Assembly (NCBI RefSeq): GCF_009914755.1
Contig: NC_060928.1
DNA from: the human T2T-CHM13v2.0 reference genome, Homo sapiens
Length of the DNA stretch: 64,000 nucleotides
Reading direction: 5' to 3' (one strand)
The translations under genes were made by a program, and so were the position numbers. Below the pieces are notes generated by a model, which had not been told where the DNA came from, made no database searches, and saw nothing but the letters and a program-made list of their open reading frames with translations. Of the stretch, positions 26,892 through 39,186 are shown piece after piece (the first letter of the stretch is position 1; every line of letters starts with the position of its first letter).

Positions 26892-28119
26892 TATTCTGCA
26901 AACAAAACAGTTTTTTAGGTTAACATTAAATCTAACATTAAGTTACAGTATTTTAAAAATCATTGCTGCACTAATGCTTTTAAAAAGATAATTAGTGAAT
27001 TAATTAAATGCTCAGCAATGAAAGAGATGATTGGGAATATGTTACCTATATACAATGATTTTAAAGAATAATAGAACTTAAGTTTCCATTATCATTCATT
27101 GATTTTATAATGTACATTTTTCACAATGTGGGTACAAAGAAGCTTTGGTCTATACATAGTGACACAGATTACTATAATAGTAATCATAAAATCATGACGA
27201 TTTTAGTAGAATGAAACAAAGAATGTAAATAAAATTTTTAAAGCAATTTACTATTTTTACCTAGGCTTATTTAAAGAGTTTTGTATAGAATAAGTAATCT
27301 TATCTTATTTCTAGCATATTTTCCTTAATTTTAAAGATAACTATTTAGGACACTTACCTGAATCTAGAGGTTAGTAGAAATATTTTTAAAATTAATTCGC
27401 TTTATCTCTTTTCTAGTTGAAATTAATACGCGGGACAGTCTGTGAAGAAGACTGCATTTCAGCAATTGTAATGTCACTCTATTAGGCAAATAGTATAGTG
27501 CATAGTAACTATACCAGGATTCTATCATATTGGCCATGGTATCTTGAGACATTCTCTCCTAAGTTTCTAGAGGTATGGCTGTTTCCTTCCTTTACTTGAA
27601 TAATATCAGTTCTTCAGGATTCAAAGTTAATTGCTATTCTTGCTTTCATTCTTATGTTTCAGGCAACGTTTAATTGTCCAGGGATTGATAGTGTTTCAAA
27701 TTGAGAAGCCACATAGCTTAAGAATATATTCATGAAAATGTTTGCTGACTGTCACCCAAGAGGCTTCACTGAGTGAAATTCTTCATTGAATTTTCTACTC
27801 TAGGCTAGCTCTGAGCCTAGCAGTCTTGAAAACTTGACGGATTCAGGACACATAGAGTGAATCCATGTGTAAGTTATTCAGCCAATATATCTCATGAGAC
27901 TAATTTGGAACTCATCTTCCTGCTAATTTTGGCAGGTAACATTGTAAGTGTTGACTTTAATACTTTATGTGTTCTTATTAATGTGTTGTTACACTACCAA
28001 ACATAATAGTCATGTAAACTAAATTACTTCAATCTGCAATATTAAAATACCTTTTTCCTTCATTCAGGTAGACCTAGGAGCAAAAACAAAATCATAAAGT
28101 TTCTTGCTGATTGCTAAGT

Positions 28120-28830
28120 ATCAGCCAAAAGTTAGAGAAAGCTCAAACTAACAGGGCCTTAGGTAAAATAGGAATTTCTTTCTGTCTCTTGTTAAAATAA
28201 GGCAGGAGCTACAGGACTGGAATGGTGTTTCTCGGTTTCAGGACACAGACTTCTTTTACTCTGTTGTTGTGCAGTGGTGACCTCATTTCCAAAATGTGCT
28301 CCTGGTTCAGAATTTCTATTTCACCTCCAGCAACCATACCCACATTCCAACCAACTAGAAGAGAGAAAGAAAAGAGGCTGGGCATGATCATTCTCTTTAA
28401 CAATTTTTCTGAAAGTTGCACACACAATTTTTTTTTTTTTTTTTTTGAGAGACAGAGTCTCACTCTATTGCCCAGGCTGGAGTGCAATGGTGCGATCTCT
28501 GCTCACTGCAACCTCCACCTCCTGGGTTCCCCACCCCCCAAGTAGCTGGGATTACAGGTGCCCACCACCACACCCAGCTAATTTTTGAATTTTAGTAAAG
28601 AAGGAGTTTCACCATGTTGGCCAGGCTGGTTTCAAACTCCTGACCTCAAATAATCCACCCACCTCGGCCTCCCAAAGTGCTGGGATTACAGGCATGAGCC
28701 ACTGCGCCAGGCCACATATTTTTAATTTATACTCTATTGGCCAGAAGTTAATCACACGACCATTTCTACCTGCCAGGACGCTAGAAAATAAAAACTACAG
28801 TCTGAAAAGCCATGTGTTCAGCTACATTTT
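28120..28830 (-). mobile_element. Old MaLR/ERVL LTR (MLT1K/L- or LTR33-like), split by Alu
   Basis: cacctccagcaaccatacccacattccaacc; aagttgcacaca [Alu] tattggccagaagttaatcacacgacca. Confidence 0.55.
28428..28713 (-). mobile_element. AluS (Sz/Sx-like) with small deletion
   Basis: Poly-T tail, ctcactgcaacctccacctcc, tttcaccatgttggccaggctgg. Confidence 0.93.
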
Positions 28831-29525
28831 AGGAAGACAAGGGCTTTTAGGGGACAATAAGTATGGTCTTGAAACAAGAATTTTATCATTTAAACTGCAG
28901 TCATATAGTCTAATATGTAGAATGAGGATCACTTGACAGTTAGATTGAGCTACACTGAAACCTTGGTCAAGATGGCATGTATCCTACCAATTGCTCAGAT
29001 TGGCGCTGCTGACATGAAGTTCTATTCAAAGCTTCCATGGGTAACCAAGCTCCCTTTGGACCACCAGATTTTAACTGTACACCTGTTTTTGTTGATGTCG
29101 TTGTTTTGTTTTGTTTGCTGTTTTTTTGGTGGCTGTGAGCTTGAATTTCATTATTGGAAAGGGGAGAAACAATATTGAGTCTTTCCAAAAAAACAAAACA
29201 AAATTTACCTTCTTATATGCAATTTCCTATATTGTAGAAAAAAGAATGTTAGAACTATATGTAAATTTTATAGTTTTTTAATTTTAAATGTTTGACTTTT
29301 ATGTATACTTTTCTATTTTTTTTGTTTTCTATACTTTCCTATTTTATAGTAATAAAGAATTAACACTCCTCTAGCTAATAGGATTTTTACTCCATCCAGG
29401 TAAATTAATACTTCTAGGCATTTTATTCTCACCTTTTCATTTTTTATTTTATTTTTTTTCCTTAGGCACACATTTATCTTTCTCCCCAATTGTACAGGTA
29501 AGTCAGATTTAGAGAAGAAAAATCG

Positions 29526-29595
29526 TATATATATACAAATTGTGTGTGTGTGTGTATATATATATACATATATATATACACACACACACATATAT
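29526..29595. repeat. Compound (TG)7(TA)n(CA)6 microsatellite
   Basis: Direct reading of 29541-29590 plus flanking TA runs. Confidence 0.95.
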
Positions 29596-29964
29596 GTATT
29601 TTACCTAATATTTGTATTTTACCTAATATTTGGCAATCTTAGAAATATTTAAGACATTTAATCTTTGAAAATATGAAGAAATATACTTCAATTGTTTCTT
29701 TTTCTAGTACCTTTATACCAACAATAACAAATACATAGTTGCACACATAATATTGTAATTTTAAAGTTGATTTTGTCACTGTGAAGTCCCTTGTGTGTGG
29801 ATGTATGTGTATGTGTATGTAAAAATAATTTTCTAAACACACAATTGCTAAATTATGTATCACTTATCAAGCAGCAAAACAACTGAAATATAGGTGGAAA
29901 TAGAAAAGTATATAAAAGTCAAATATTTAAAATAAAAACTATAAAATTTATATAGAATTTCTAA

Positions 29965-30304
<340 letters not shown>

Positions 30305-30359
30305 ATTTATTGATTTCTTGAAGTAAGTTTGCTGAAGTTGCAAACTTGGGATTAAGCAT

Positions 30360-30525
30360 TCAGTATTAGAGACGACAAGTTGCTGAATCAGAGAGACCTT
30401 CATGTTTGCTCTGCCATTTAAATATGAGCTCAACTAATTACTTTAATGACTACATTAATTTTGTAGAAAAGAAAATATATGTTGATTTATTATAAGAATT
30501 AAGGGAGATGATATATAAAAAGTCC
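30360..30525 (+). mobile_element. Probable MIR
   Basis: gaatcagagagacct...gctctgccattta...aagaattaagggagatgatatataaaaagt. Confidence 0.5.
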
Positions 30526-30779
30526 TCTGCAACAGATCTAAGCAATAGAAGGAAGAGTCCTTTCTTCAAGGTCAACTTGATTATTGTTATTTTGGAGTAA
30601 AAGTTACAGACCTGTCTTAAGGTTATAGATGAAAATAAATGGAAATGTATTCTATTGGAATATTTAAAGCGTTGTATTTATCTGAAAAATTGTGGTTTTT
30701 TGCATGTTATATTTTATACTCTAGATAAATAAGTAGCAGGGTTGTTGCTGTTATTATTATTGTCGTGGTTTGCATAATT

Positions 30780-31340
30780 TTGCAATACCTAGCATTGCAT
30801 TACAGAAAAACATTCGCCTTGGCATTAGGGTACATAATAAATGAGCAAGATGTGATTTCTTCATGTAAAATGCCTGTCCTCAAAAGAGAAATGTAAACTG
30901 GTAAATGATCAATTGTAATATAATATAATAAGTGCTATGGTCAAAAGAATCAGAAAAAAAGTCAGAAGTCAGTTAACATTGGAGATAGGGCTTCATTTTG
31001 AATGGTGGAGAACGTGAGGAAGCAGTTTTAGGCAGAAAGAACAATCTATGCAGAAGCACAGTGAAATGAAAATAAGACAAGTAGATATTTTAAGTGACTG
31101 CAATATAGGAACAAACCATAAGGAAGACACTTATGAAGATCATACTGGAGATAAATACTGAGATCAGATTATAAAGGGTCTCGTATGTTTTTAAAGTAAT
31201 TTATACTTTTTTTATTTGGGCAATGTTTATGGTGTCATGCATAAACATTGAAGAAACTTTCTTAATTGTTTACTTTTCAAAAAAATTACTCTGGCATTAA
31301 CATAGAATAGGGATTTTAATAATGGAAGACATTTAAAAAG
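30780..31340 (-). mobile_element. L2 fragment
   Basis: taagtgctatgg, ttttaggcagaaagaacaatctatgcagaagcacag, gatcagattataaagggtctcgtatg. Confidence 0.6.
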
Positions 31341-33241
31341 AGAGACAATAACTCAATAAATTGGAACAGTAGTTAACGGTAGTGTCAAACAGGATTGTTA
31401 AGAAATTTGGAACTAGGTTCCCAGAACATGGAAAATGAAGAGATAAACATCCACATATTCTCTTTCAAATTCAGTCTATGTAATGCTCAATTAAGTAGCT
31501 AAGAAAATTTCACCAAATGTAATGCTAAAATTGTGAATATTTTTTAAAAGATTTCTTAATCGGGAAGAAAGACAAATAAAATTGTGAAAATACTACTTCT
31601 TCTAAGGATGTTAAATTTGTTGAAGACAGAAAGCAATATAATTACAAAATAAAGTGCATTTCTTTGCCAACAATTGCTAAAGTGCATAAAAAACAATGCA
31701 AAGAATTTGACGGCGTTAGAATAAATTACAGTAAGAAAGATTTGCTAAGCAGTTGCGGTATGTTCAGATATTCCTAGAATATCTGTTTATGGCATTTTCT
31801 CAATTCATTTTCAATAACAAAATACTTTAAGAATTTTTTTTGATCTATTAGAAGAATGAGGTACCAGAGAAAAAATACAAAGACTTTTTAAAACAAAAAT
31901 TAATGCTTGGGTGGAAACTATGTACAGATATTATTGATGAAGTGATTACTTTAGCTTGAAAAAAATTAAGAGGTTAGAGAATGTGATCATAATGAATACT
32001 AAAGCACTATCTGTGATTTAATTTTCAATGAATTATTCATAACATAGTTAATAAAGAAAAGTGCACAAAGTGCTGAAAGGACATCATTGCAGAGTATACA
32101 AAAGTTCGCGCAAGCCTAAATACAAATTTCGCATTTTACAAAAAGGTGTAAGTCCTGAATAGGTTGGGATCTATTTCTTTTAAAATTACCTGCTTTATGA
32201 TATATTTCTGACAAACTTTTTCATCCAAGAAATAGATGTCAGAAATATATCATAAAGCAGATAATTTTTAAAAAATGCATACTTTTTTCTTTAAGGTAAA
32301 AGCAACTACTTTTCAAGAGAATTTTTGTGTTAAGGAGAGAGCATTTTGAAAAAAGAAAAAGATTGTAAATATTTTCATCAGTTGGAAGACACTTCAGTAA
32401 GGCATGGAGTCTCCACCTGCATAAAGGCTGTACCACATTAGTCTTAATACGTTTAGTTTTAAGTAAACATGCAAGAAATATGCAGGGATATTTTGGTATT
32501 GTTTCCAGTCATTTGTACCCAATGAGAATGCAATATGTGAGGTCAGAGTCTCTATTATAGGAAAGGAGGGAAGATAAGCAATAACCAAAACAAACCCAAA
32601 ATACATTGAAGTTAAACTTCATGAAAATCGAGGTAGGCACTTCACTTCTGTCAGGTGGTGTCAGGAGCATATGAGTATCTTTGGGGTCAGTTGTGGAGCC
32701 AGGGAAGCTTGCCCTTTAAATCATGAGTGTTCTGATTTGGTGGCCATTGTTACACACATATGTTTTTAATCTTTTACCTAAAGGAACCAGTATTAATCTC
32801 TTTTAATTATTTGCAATTCCCTGCAATCACACACTGATTTTGATATCAAAGATAATATGAATATATTACTTACAAAAATCTCACAATGGAAAACTATTAA
32901 AATGATAAATATTCCAGTTTCTTTTGAATTTTTTTGTGTAAATTTTTTTTTTTGGAATTACATACATTTGCTAAAATTATTAAAATGTAACTCATTTTGA
33001 TTTGTTCTTGCTATGGCCTGAATATTTGTCCCCTGCCCCCCTTATTCATATGTTGAAATCTCAACCTCTAAGGTGATGATGATATTAGGAGGTTGAGGTC
33101 TTTAGGAGGTGATTAGATCATGAGAATGAAGCCCTATGAATAGGACTAGTGACCTTATAAAAGGGAACCCAGAGAACTACTTTGTTCTTTTATCATGTGA
33201 GAACACAGTGAGAAGGCTCTGTCTTTAAACCAGGAAGCAGA

Positions 33242-33650
33242 TGCCATAGTTTGTGTCGCCCAAGAGTTTGCATGTTGGAGACCTGGAGACCTGGCTACTC
33301 AATGCAGCAGTGTTGGGATGTGGAATCTGGTGGTAGGTGTGTGGATTGTGGGGGCAAAATGTTAATGAATGAATTAATCCAAGTCTCAAGGGACTGGGTT
33401 AGTTCTCACAAGAGTGGGTTGTTATAAAATAAATTAGGCTTCCTCAGCTTCCTTTTGTAATTGCCTTCTCACAATGTGAATATCTTCTCATGCTATGATG
33501 TAGTAAGAAGGCCCTCACCAGATGCCAAGCAGATGTAGCCTCCTGACCTTGGACTCTCCAGCCTCCAGAACTGTAAGAAATAAATATATTTTCTTTATAA
33601 ATTACCCAGTTTATGGTAGTCTCTTACAGCAACAAAACTAGACTAAGAAA
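33242..33650 (+). mobile_element. MST-type (MSTB2/MSTC-like) LTR nested in MLT1A0
   Basis: tgccatagtttg start; gaaggccctcaccagatgccaagcagatg; ctttataaattacccagt...gactaaga end. Confidence 0.82.
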
Positions 33651-33731
33651 GAGGACCCTCACCAGACACCAAATCTGCAAATACCTTGATCTTGGACTTC
33701 CCCGCCTCTGGAACTATAAAGAATACATTTA

Positions 33732-33866
33732 TTTTACATTTTTTAATTTTTCTATTTCCATAGATTATTGGGGAATGGGTGGTGTTTGCTTACATGAGTA
33801 AGTTCTTTAGTGGTGATTTGTGAGATTTTGGTGCACTCATCACCTGAGCAGTGTACACTGCACTCA
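33732..33866 (-). mobile_element. L1PB-type 3' end fragment nested in MLT1A0
   Basis: ttacatgagtaagttctttagtggtgatttgtgagattttggtgcac is the L1PB1-3 3' terminus. Confidence 0.88.
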
Positions 33867-34729
33867 AGCCACATAGTTTATGGTATTTTGCTGGGGCAGT
33901 TTGAACAGAAGTAACAGTTCTTAAAGAACAATGGATTTGCATCAGGGAAGAGAGTAATTTTTGAGCTTAGTTTCAAAAATTTCTCAATACAATTTTGCAT
34001 AGTTGATAAATATGACTTAAAGAAAGTGTCATTAATTAGTATAATGAAGCCAATCGGGTACTTACTCCATTAGAATCAATGTATTTTGATATCTTTCTCA
34101 TCTATGACAGTCATTAAAACCAAGTAATGATGTGAAATGAATGTAGAATTAGATATTAGGATCACAGTATCATATGAAATAAAACCAGAATTTTCAGATA
34201 GAACTAAACATATTCAATTATATTGACCTTTGACACTATATAAAATAAGGTAAAATGCATTGAAGATTATTGTTTTTATCTACTTTTTGACTTTATTTAT
34301 ATTTGTTCCACAGTATCATTGTAGATATCCACAGTGGTACAAAACTAGAGAATTTATACATATATGAATATTTCATGTGTAAAAGATAATAATATAGCTC
34401 TATGAGTCAAAATATATAGAGATGATTATTAGAAAATTGGGCCAAATCTCGAAATTGACCGATGGGTTAATCAGAGTAATCAGTAGGTTTTTCCCACAGT
34501 AAAATATAAATAAATAATGTTATGATAGATAGTTACAAATGACTGAGCTGTGGGGCTGAATTTTAGACTTTAGGTTTCTCAGATGGCATGATATGCAGTA
34601 ATATATATCTCAATTATAACCATAAGATATTTAGCTTTATGATGCCATTCACTAAAATGTAAAATATTGGAAGTGAGTCAGATGGAGAAATGTTGAATAT
34701 TTTTAAAAAGTATAATATATTTAGAAATG

Positions 34730-35200
34730 TAGTCACTTCTGCTTTAATGTGATATATGCATTCCTAAAAGTCACAACACTGTAAAAAACACAATTTACAA
34801 AATGCATATGGGGAAAATGTGGTTAAGAGGACATACACTCCAAATTTCATTAAGGACACATTAAAAATCTGATAGAAAATAATAGCATTTATACATATCA
34901 TATTGTTAAGAAATACATAAATACCACAGTAAATATGGCACTTTATCTTGAAAAACACCTGAAGTCTGCTTGTAGAAGTGGGCACTGGGAGAATTGCAGG
35001 TGGACATGTGTGACTTACTGTGGATGGGTTGGAAGAGAGTTTACCTATAATCAGAGGGAAATTATCACATGGATTTGGAACAGGGTAGCTCTCACATGGT
35101 GAACTGAGGTTATGTGGTAGATGTTTGAGGGTTTGTGTGAGTGTAAGTATATGTACATTTGTGAACACACACACACACACACACAGATACTGGCTCAAAA
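34730..35200 (+). mobile_element. Tigger8-like DNA transposon
   Basis: gatatatgcattcctaaaa, taaatatggcactttatcttgaaaaacacctgaagt, ggtgaactgaggttatgtggtagatgtttgagg. Confidence 0.75.
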
Positions 35201-35739
35201 ATACATTTTTTATAGGCTGGTTTCTTTTTTGTCTCATTTACCCTACTGACCTAACAGTATTTTTTTCCCAAATATACACTTGAATATTTGTTTTGGGGAC
35301 AATGTCTGTGAATCCAAAAATAAGAAAGTAATGATTACATGGTTATAATTATTTTTGATTTTAGATTATTTTTATAATATTACCAACAATTATACCAACA
35401 ATTATTTATCTATAGATTCATTTGTCATATTTTCAACATTAGTCGGGTTGGCTTTTAAGCCTTCTTAACGTACCATATTCATGGTGATCTCTTATTTCCT
35501 TGTTTTACATACATATGAAATCACTCCATTTGCTTTAATTTAGGTCATACCTCAAGTCCTGTCTTTCACAAAATCTTTGTTAATTTTAGCCCACTTCTAA
35601 ACTTTATTATATCATGAATTGAATTTTAATTTCTCTAACATAGCTATACTTCTCTCTCCAACATTTGAGATTAGAGACTATACTCTCATATTCATTCAAA
35701 TGTGAAACTCATATTATTGTTTAATAGGACTTTCTTGAT

Positions 35740-36150
35740 AGACTAAGACTAATGTTTCATAATCTGTAGATGAACACAATATGTTATGATAAGTGCTATA
35801 ACTAACTCTAAATAGAATGCACTGACAGCACAGAGAAAGGTAAAAATCAAATCTTCTTAGAGAGTGAGATTAGAACTACAGCAAAAGTGAACATTGAGTT
35901 CAATTAAAAAGAGAGCAGGTGGAGCGTTCCAGGCAAATAAATGGAAAGAGATATTCCATGAAGAAAATTGATACAAAAGGATACACAGTCATGAAACAGT
36001 ACCAACATTTTTTGCAAAATAGGAAATGCCTTAGGGTGAAAGAAATAATATGATTGCCAAAGAGTAGTTTGGACAGTTGTGACTAGAGAGAGAAGTTATG
36101 GCCAAATTGTTGTGACCTTTAATGCTATATGGTAAGGAGTTTAGAATCAG
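35740..36150 (-). mobile_element. L2 fragment
   Basis: tgataagtgctataa...gcacagagaaagg...ggtaaggagtttaga. Confidence 0.55.
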
Positions 36151-37133
36151 CCTTTTGCCTAAAAAGACCTGGTGGAAGTCAATAATTAGTATTTTCCAAT
36201 TTTATTTTCATCTTATAAGTATAAATGCAAATAATATTTATCACTCAAATCATATTGTTAGTATTCCTCACCCTGCTTCACCATACAAAGACCATGAATG
36301 CTTATGCTCATCTTTTATATTTAATTCTAGAGTTTAAGGCTTTCCCTTTGGGTAGTTATCTCTGACACAACTTTAAAAATAACAGAAGCTCTCTTCACAA
36401 AAAAACTGTGAAAGCACAAAAAAGTATAAAAATAAAACTGGCGTAAATTTTTGTTAAGGAAAATAAAGCTAAAACCACTAACTATATTTGTAGAGATTCA
36501 CATTGCACACATTTAAAAAAAACTTGCTTTTAAGTCAGTATTAAAAATATTTATAAAAAGAAGACTTTAAATCGAAGTAGTATTTTTTAGTAACTGATAT
36601 TTCAATGAGTAAAACATACTTAATTAGAGCTATTTGCAGAATGATGTGTTGAACACAACATGAAATGTGCTCTGTAGTTTTCAGAAGGCAACAGTAAAGA
36701 TACAAACCTGCCAGACATAAAATGATATTGGAATAACAAATGAGCGTAGACAGATGATTAAGTGTGTCATCACTTGCAAGTCTAAGGAAAATGAGTGTTG
36801 TTAGCTAAAATATTAAATGTTTTAAAAAGATGTCATCCCTGTCAAGTAGATATTTATTTATTCAACAAATATTTTTTGAGTACCTACTATGTAACAGGTC
36901 CTTTTCAAGGCACTCACGTAGGATTCTAGTGTGGAGACAATTAGTAAACAAGTAAACAAACAATATGATTTGAGAAAGTAAAAAAGGCTTTAAGGAAAAC
37001 ATAAAAGTGTGAGTGAGCATAGCAGTCTGAACTGAGGGCAACTTTTCCTAGGCTATTAAGGACAGCTGTCTCTGAAGAAGTGATAGGCAAAGGAGCTAGA
37101 CCACAGGGAGTATGGTATTCCATGCAGTGCAGC

Positions 37134-37760
37134 TGTAAGATCATAACATCTCAGAGGAGATTAACTTTGGTCTATAATCAACCATTTGACTGGTCTTTGT
37201 CCTCTATTATTATGAGTAAGCCTCTAAAATCTTTAGAATTTACTTTCTTGTGATAGGAAGGTCTTTGTTATTTGCTGTGGGTCCCAGAGTTTATGTTCAT
37301 AAAATGAGTCAGGTGGAGGCTTGCCATTCCAGAAAAACCAGCCATGTAATATCACCTGGGGTTTGGTCCAGGTGATATCAGACCAATGCCCAGGAGGAGA
37401 AGGGAACTAAAGTTCAATCACTGGTCAATGATTCTATGTATCATGCTCACATAATGAAACTGAAATAAAAACTCTGAACAACAATCTCAATTTCACTGTT
37501 CTGATTTGTATCCTTTATAATAAAATTGTAAACTTAAGTATTGTGCTTTCCCAAGTTCTGTGAGTCATTCTAGCAAATGACCACACTGATGGGGCAGTGG
37601 AAACCACAGAATTTGTAGTCATTTAGTCAGAAGCACAGATGGCCACAAAACCCTGGAGTTTCCGGCTGGTGCCTGAAGTGAGGAGGATCTTGTGAGGGAC
37701 CCAACCCTCAACCTGAGAAGTCTGTGCTCAAAGTCTGAATAAAGTCAGAATTGTATTGAA
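37134..37760 (+). mobile_element. MER21C-type LTR
   Basis: agttctgtgagtcattctagcaaat, cagaatttgtagtc...gtcagaag, gtcagaattgtattg. Confidence 0.8.
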
Positions 37761-38283
37761 GTGTTTAAGATAAATAAGGAGCAGAAAAAAGGCAAAATTG
37801 TGTTTGGAAAACATCAAGAGGGAAGACCACATTTGGGGGACTACAGGAACCAAAATACGGAGTTTGAATGTTTTTCCTAAGCACAATGGAACCTGTGGAA
37901 GATTTTTAGCAGGTGAATAACATAAATGTAATTATGGTTAAAATGTTACCCTAGACACCATGTTGAGAATGGCAGACTGGTTTGGAGGCTAAAGTAATCT
38001 TCCAGGTAAAGACGACCAGGCATACATAGACTGTGTGGTCACAGTGGAAGTAAAAGTATTCCATTTTTTTCTTTTCTTCCTTTTTTTTTTTTTTTTTTTT
38101 TTTTTTTTGGTGTTAGATCCACAGAGCTTGCTGGGTTCAATAAGGAAGAAAGGTACTGAGAGAAATCAAAGACTATTCATATAATTGGCTTGAAGGTAGT
38201 AATTACTTAGATGGAGAAGGATGGGGAGAAACTGACCTGTAATACAAAGTGAAGAGTATTTTGTGTATATCAAGATGGACTAT

Positions 38284-38763
38284 TGTGGTGACAAAATAAT
38301 AATTCCTCCAAAGATGTCCACATTCTAATCTCTGGAATTTATGAATATGCTACCAGAATTAAGGCTGCTCTCCAGCTGACCTTAATGCAAGGGGAATAAT
38401 CCTGTGTCATCTAGTAGGCCCAATGTAATCACAAGGTTCTCTAAAAGTGGAAGACGCAGGAGAGAAAATCAGAGGGATGGCAGAGTGAGAAGGATTCAGC
38501 ACTAAGACACTAGCTTTGAACATGGAGGAAGAGGCCACGAAGCCAAGAAATGCAGTGGGCTTCTAGAAGCTAGAAAAGGCAAAGAAACAGATTTTCCACA
38601 GCGCCTCTAGGAAGGAACTCAGCTGTGCTAACTCCTTGGTTTTCTCCCCAGGGACACCTATGTTGGACTTCAAAACTATAGAACTGTAATAAAATAAATT
38701 TATGTGGTTTTAAGCCAGTAAAATTTCAGTAATTTGTTATGGCAGCAGTAAGAAACCAATACA
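38284..38763 (+). mobile_element. MLT1D MaLR solo LTR
   Basis: tgtggtg...ccaaagatgtccacattctaatc...ggcccaatgtaatcacaagg...tctagaagctagaaaaggcaa...aataca. Confidence 0.9.
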
Positions 38764-39070
38764 CCAGTTAGAAGTATTCAGGAGGAAGTTAATTTATAAA
38801 TATTTAGTTCAAAGGAGAGGTTGGAGACAGAGACATAGATGCAAGGGTCAAAAGCATATTGACAAAAGGCAGATAGGCCAAAAGATGGCTAATTTAGATA
38901 CATGTGTTGTGATAGATACAGTTTTGCAATTTGTACAATAGGGAAATTTTCTAGGATGAGTACTAAAATATTTGTATAAATATTTTAAAAGAATTTATCC
39001 ATATGTTACTAGGCAAGTAGTAGGAAAAAAATTTTAAATCATATAATCATCTTATTCAATTCCTGATATA

Positions 39071-39186
39071 ATTTTTATGTCGTGAATTATTTTGTTTAGA
39101 ATATTCAAAACTATACTTTGTGAATTATTTTGTTTAGACTATATACTTTTGAATATTCTAAACAAAATAATTCATAACATAAAAAT
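39071..39186. repeat. Inverted repeat, 40-bp arms (38/40)
   Basis: 39071-39110 equals the reverse complement of 39147-39186 except one dinucleotide. Confidence 0.93.

Larger units (their letters stand above)
33009..33916 (+). mobile_element. MLT1A0-type MaLR LTR (interrupted twice)
   Basis: TG...CA ends, perfect 5-bp TSD gttct at 33004-33008 and 33917-33921; ccctcaccagacaccaaatctgc motif. Confidence 0.88.
31400..34355 (+). mobile_element. Fragmented hAT-Charlie (Charlie7-like) transposon with transposase fossil
   Basis: aagtgcacaaagtgctg, ggagagagcattttgaaaa, gaacaatggatttgcatcagggaaga, ctatgacagtcattaaaaccaagta occur in the order of a recalled Charlie transposase; pieces at about 31400-32390, 32940-33008, 33917-34355. 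Confidence 0.7.
36851..38860 (-). mobile_element. L2 (a/b-like) 3' region split by MER21C and MLT1D
   Basis: L2 tail atttatttattcaacaaatatttttgagtacctactatgt; resumes after each LTR (ggaagatttttagcagg). Confidence 0.7.

Noticed and set aside
27352-27360. Perfect CAGGTAAGT donors (minus strand here; plus strand near 29495 and 55244)
   Set aside because: No convincing paired acceptor or reading frame found by eye; isolated donors are weak evidence.
34764-35237. 157-aa minus-strand ORF
   Set aside because: Lies over a Tigger8-like element and a CA repeat; no recognisable domain.
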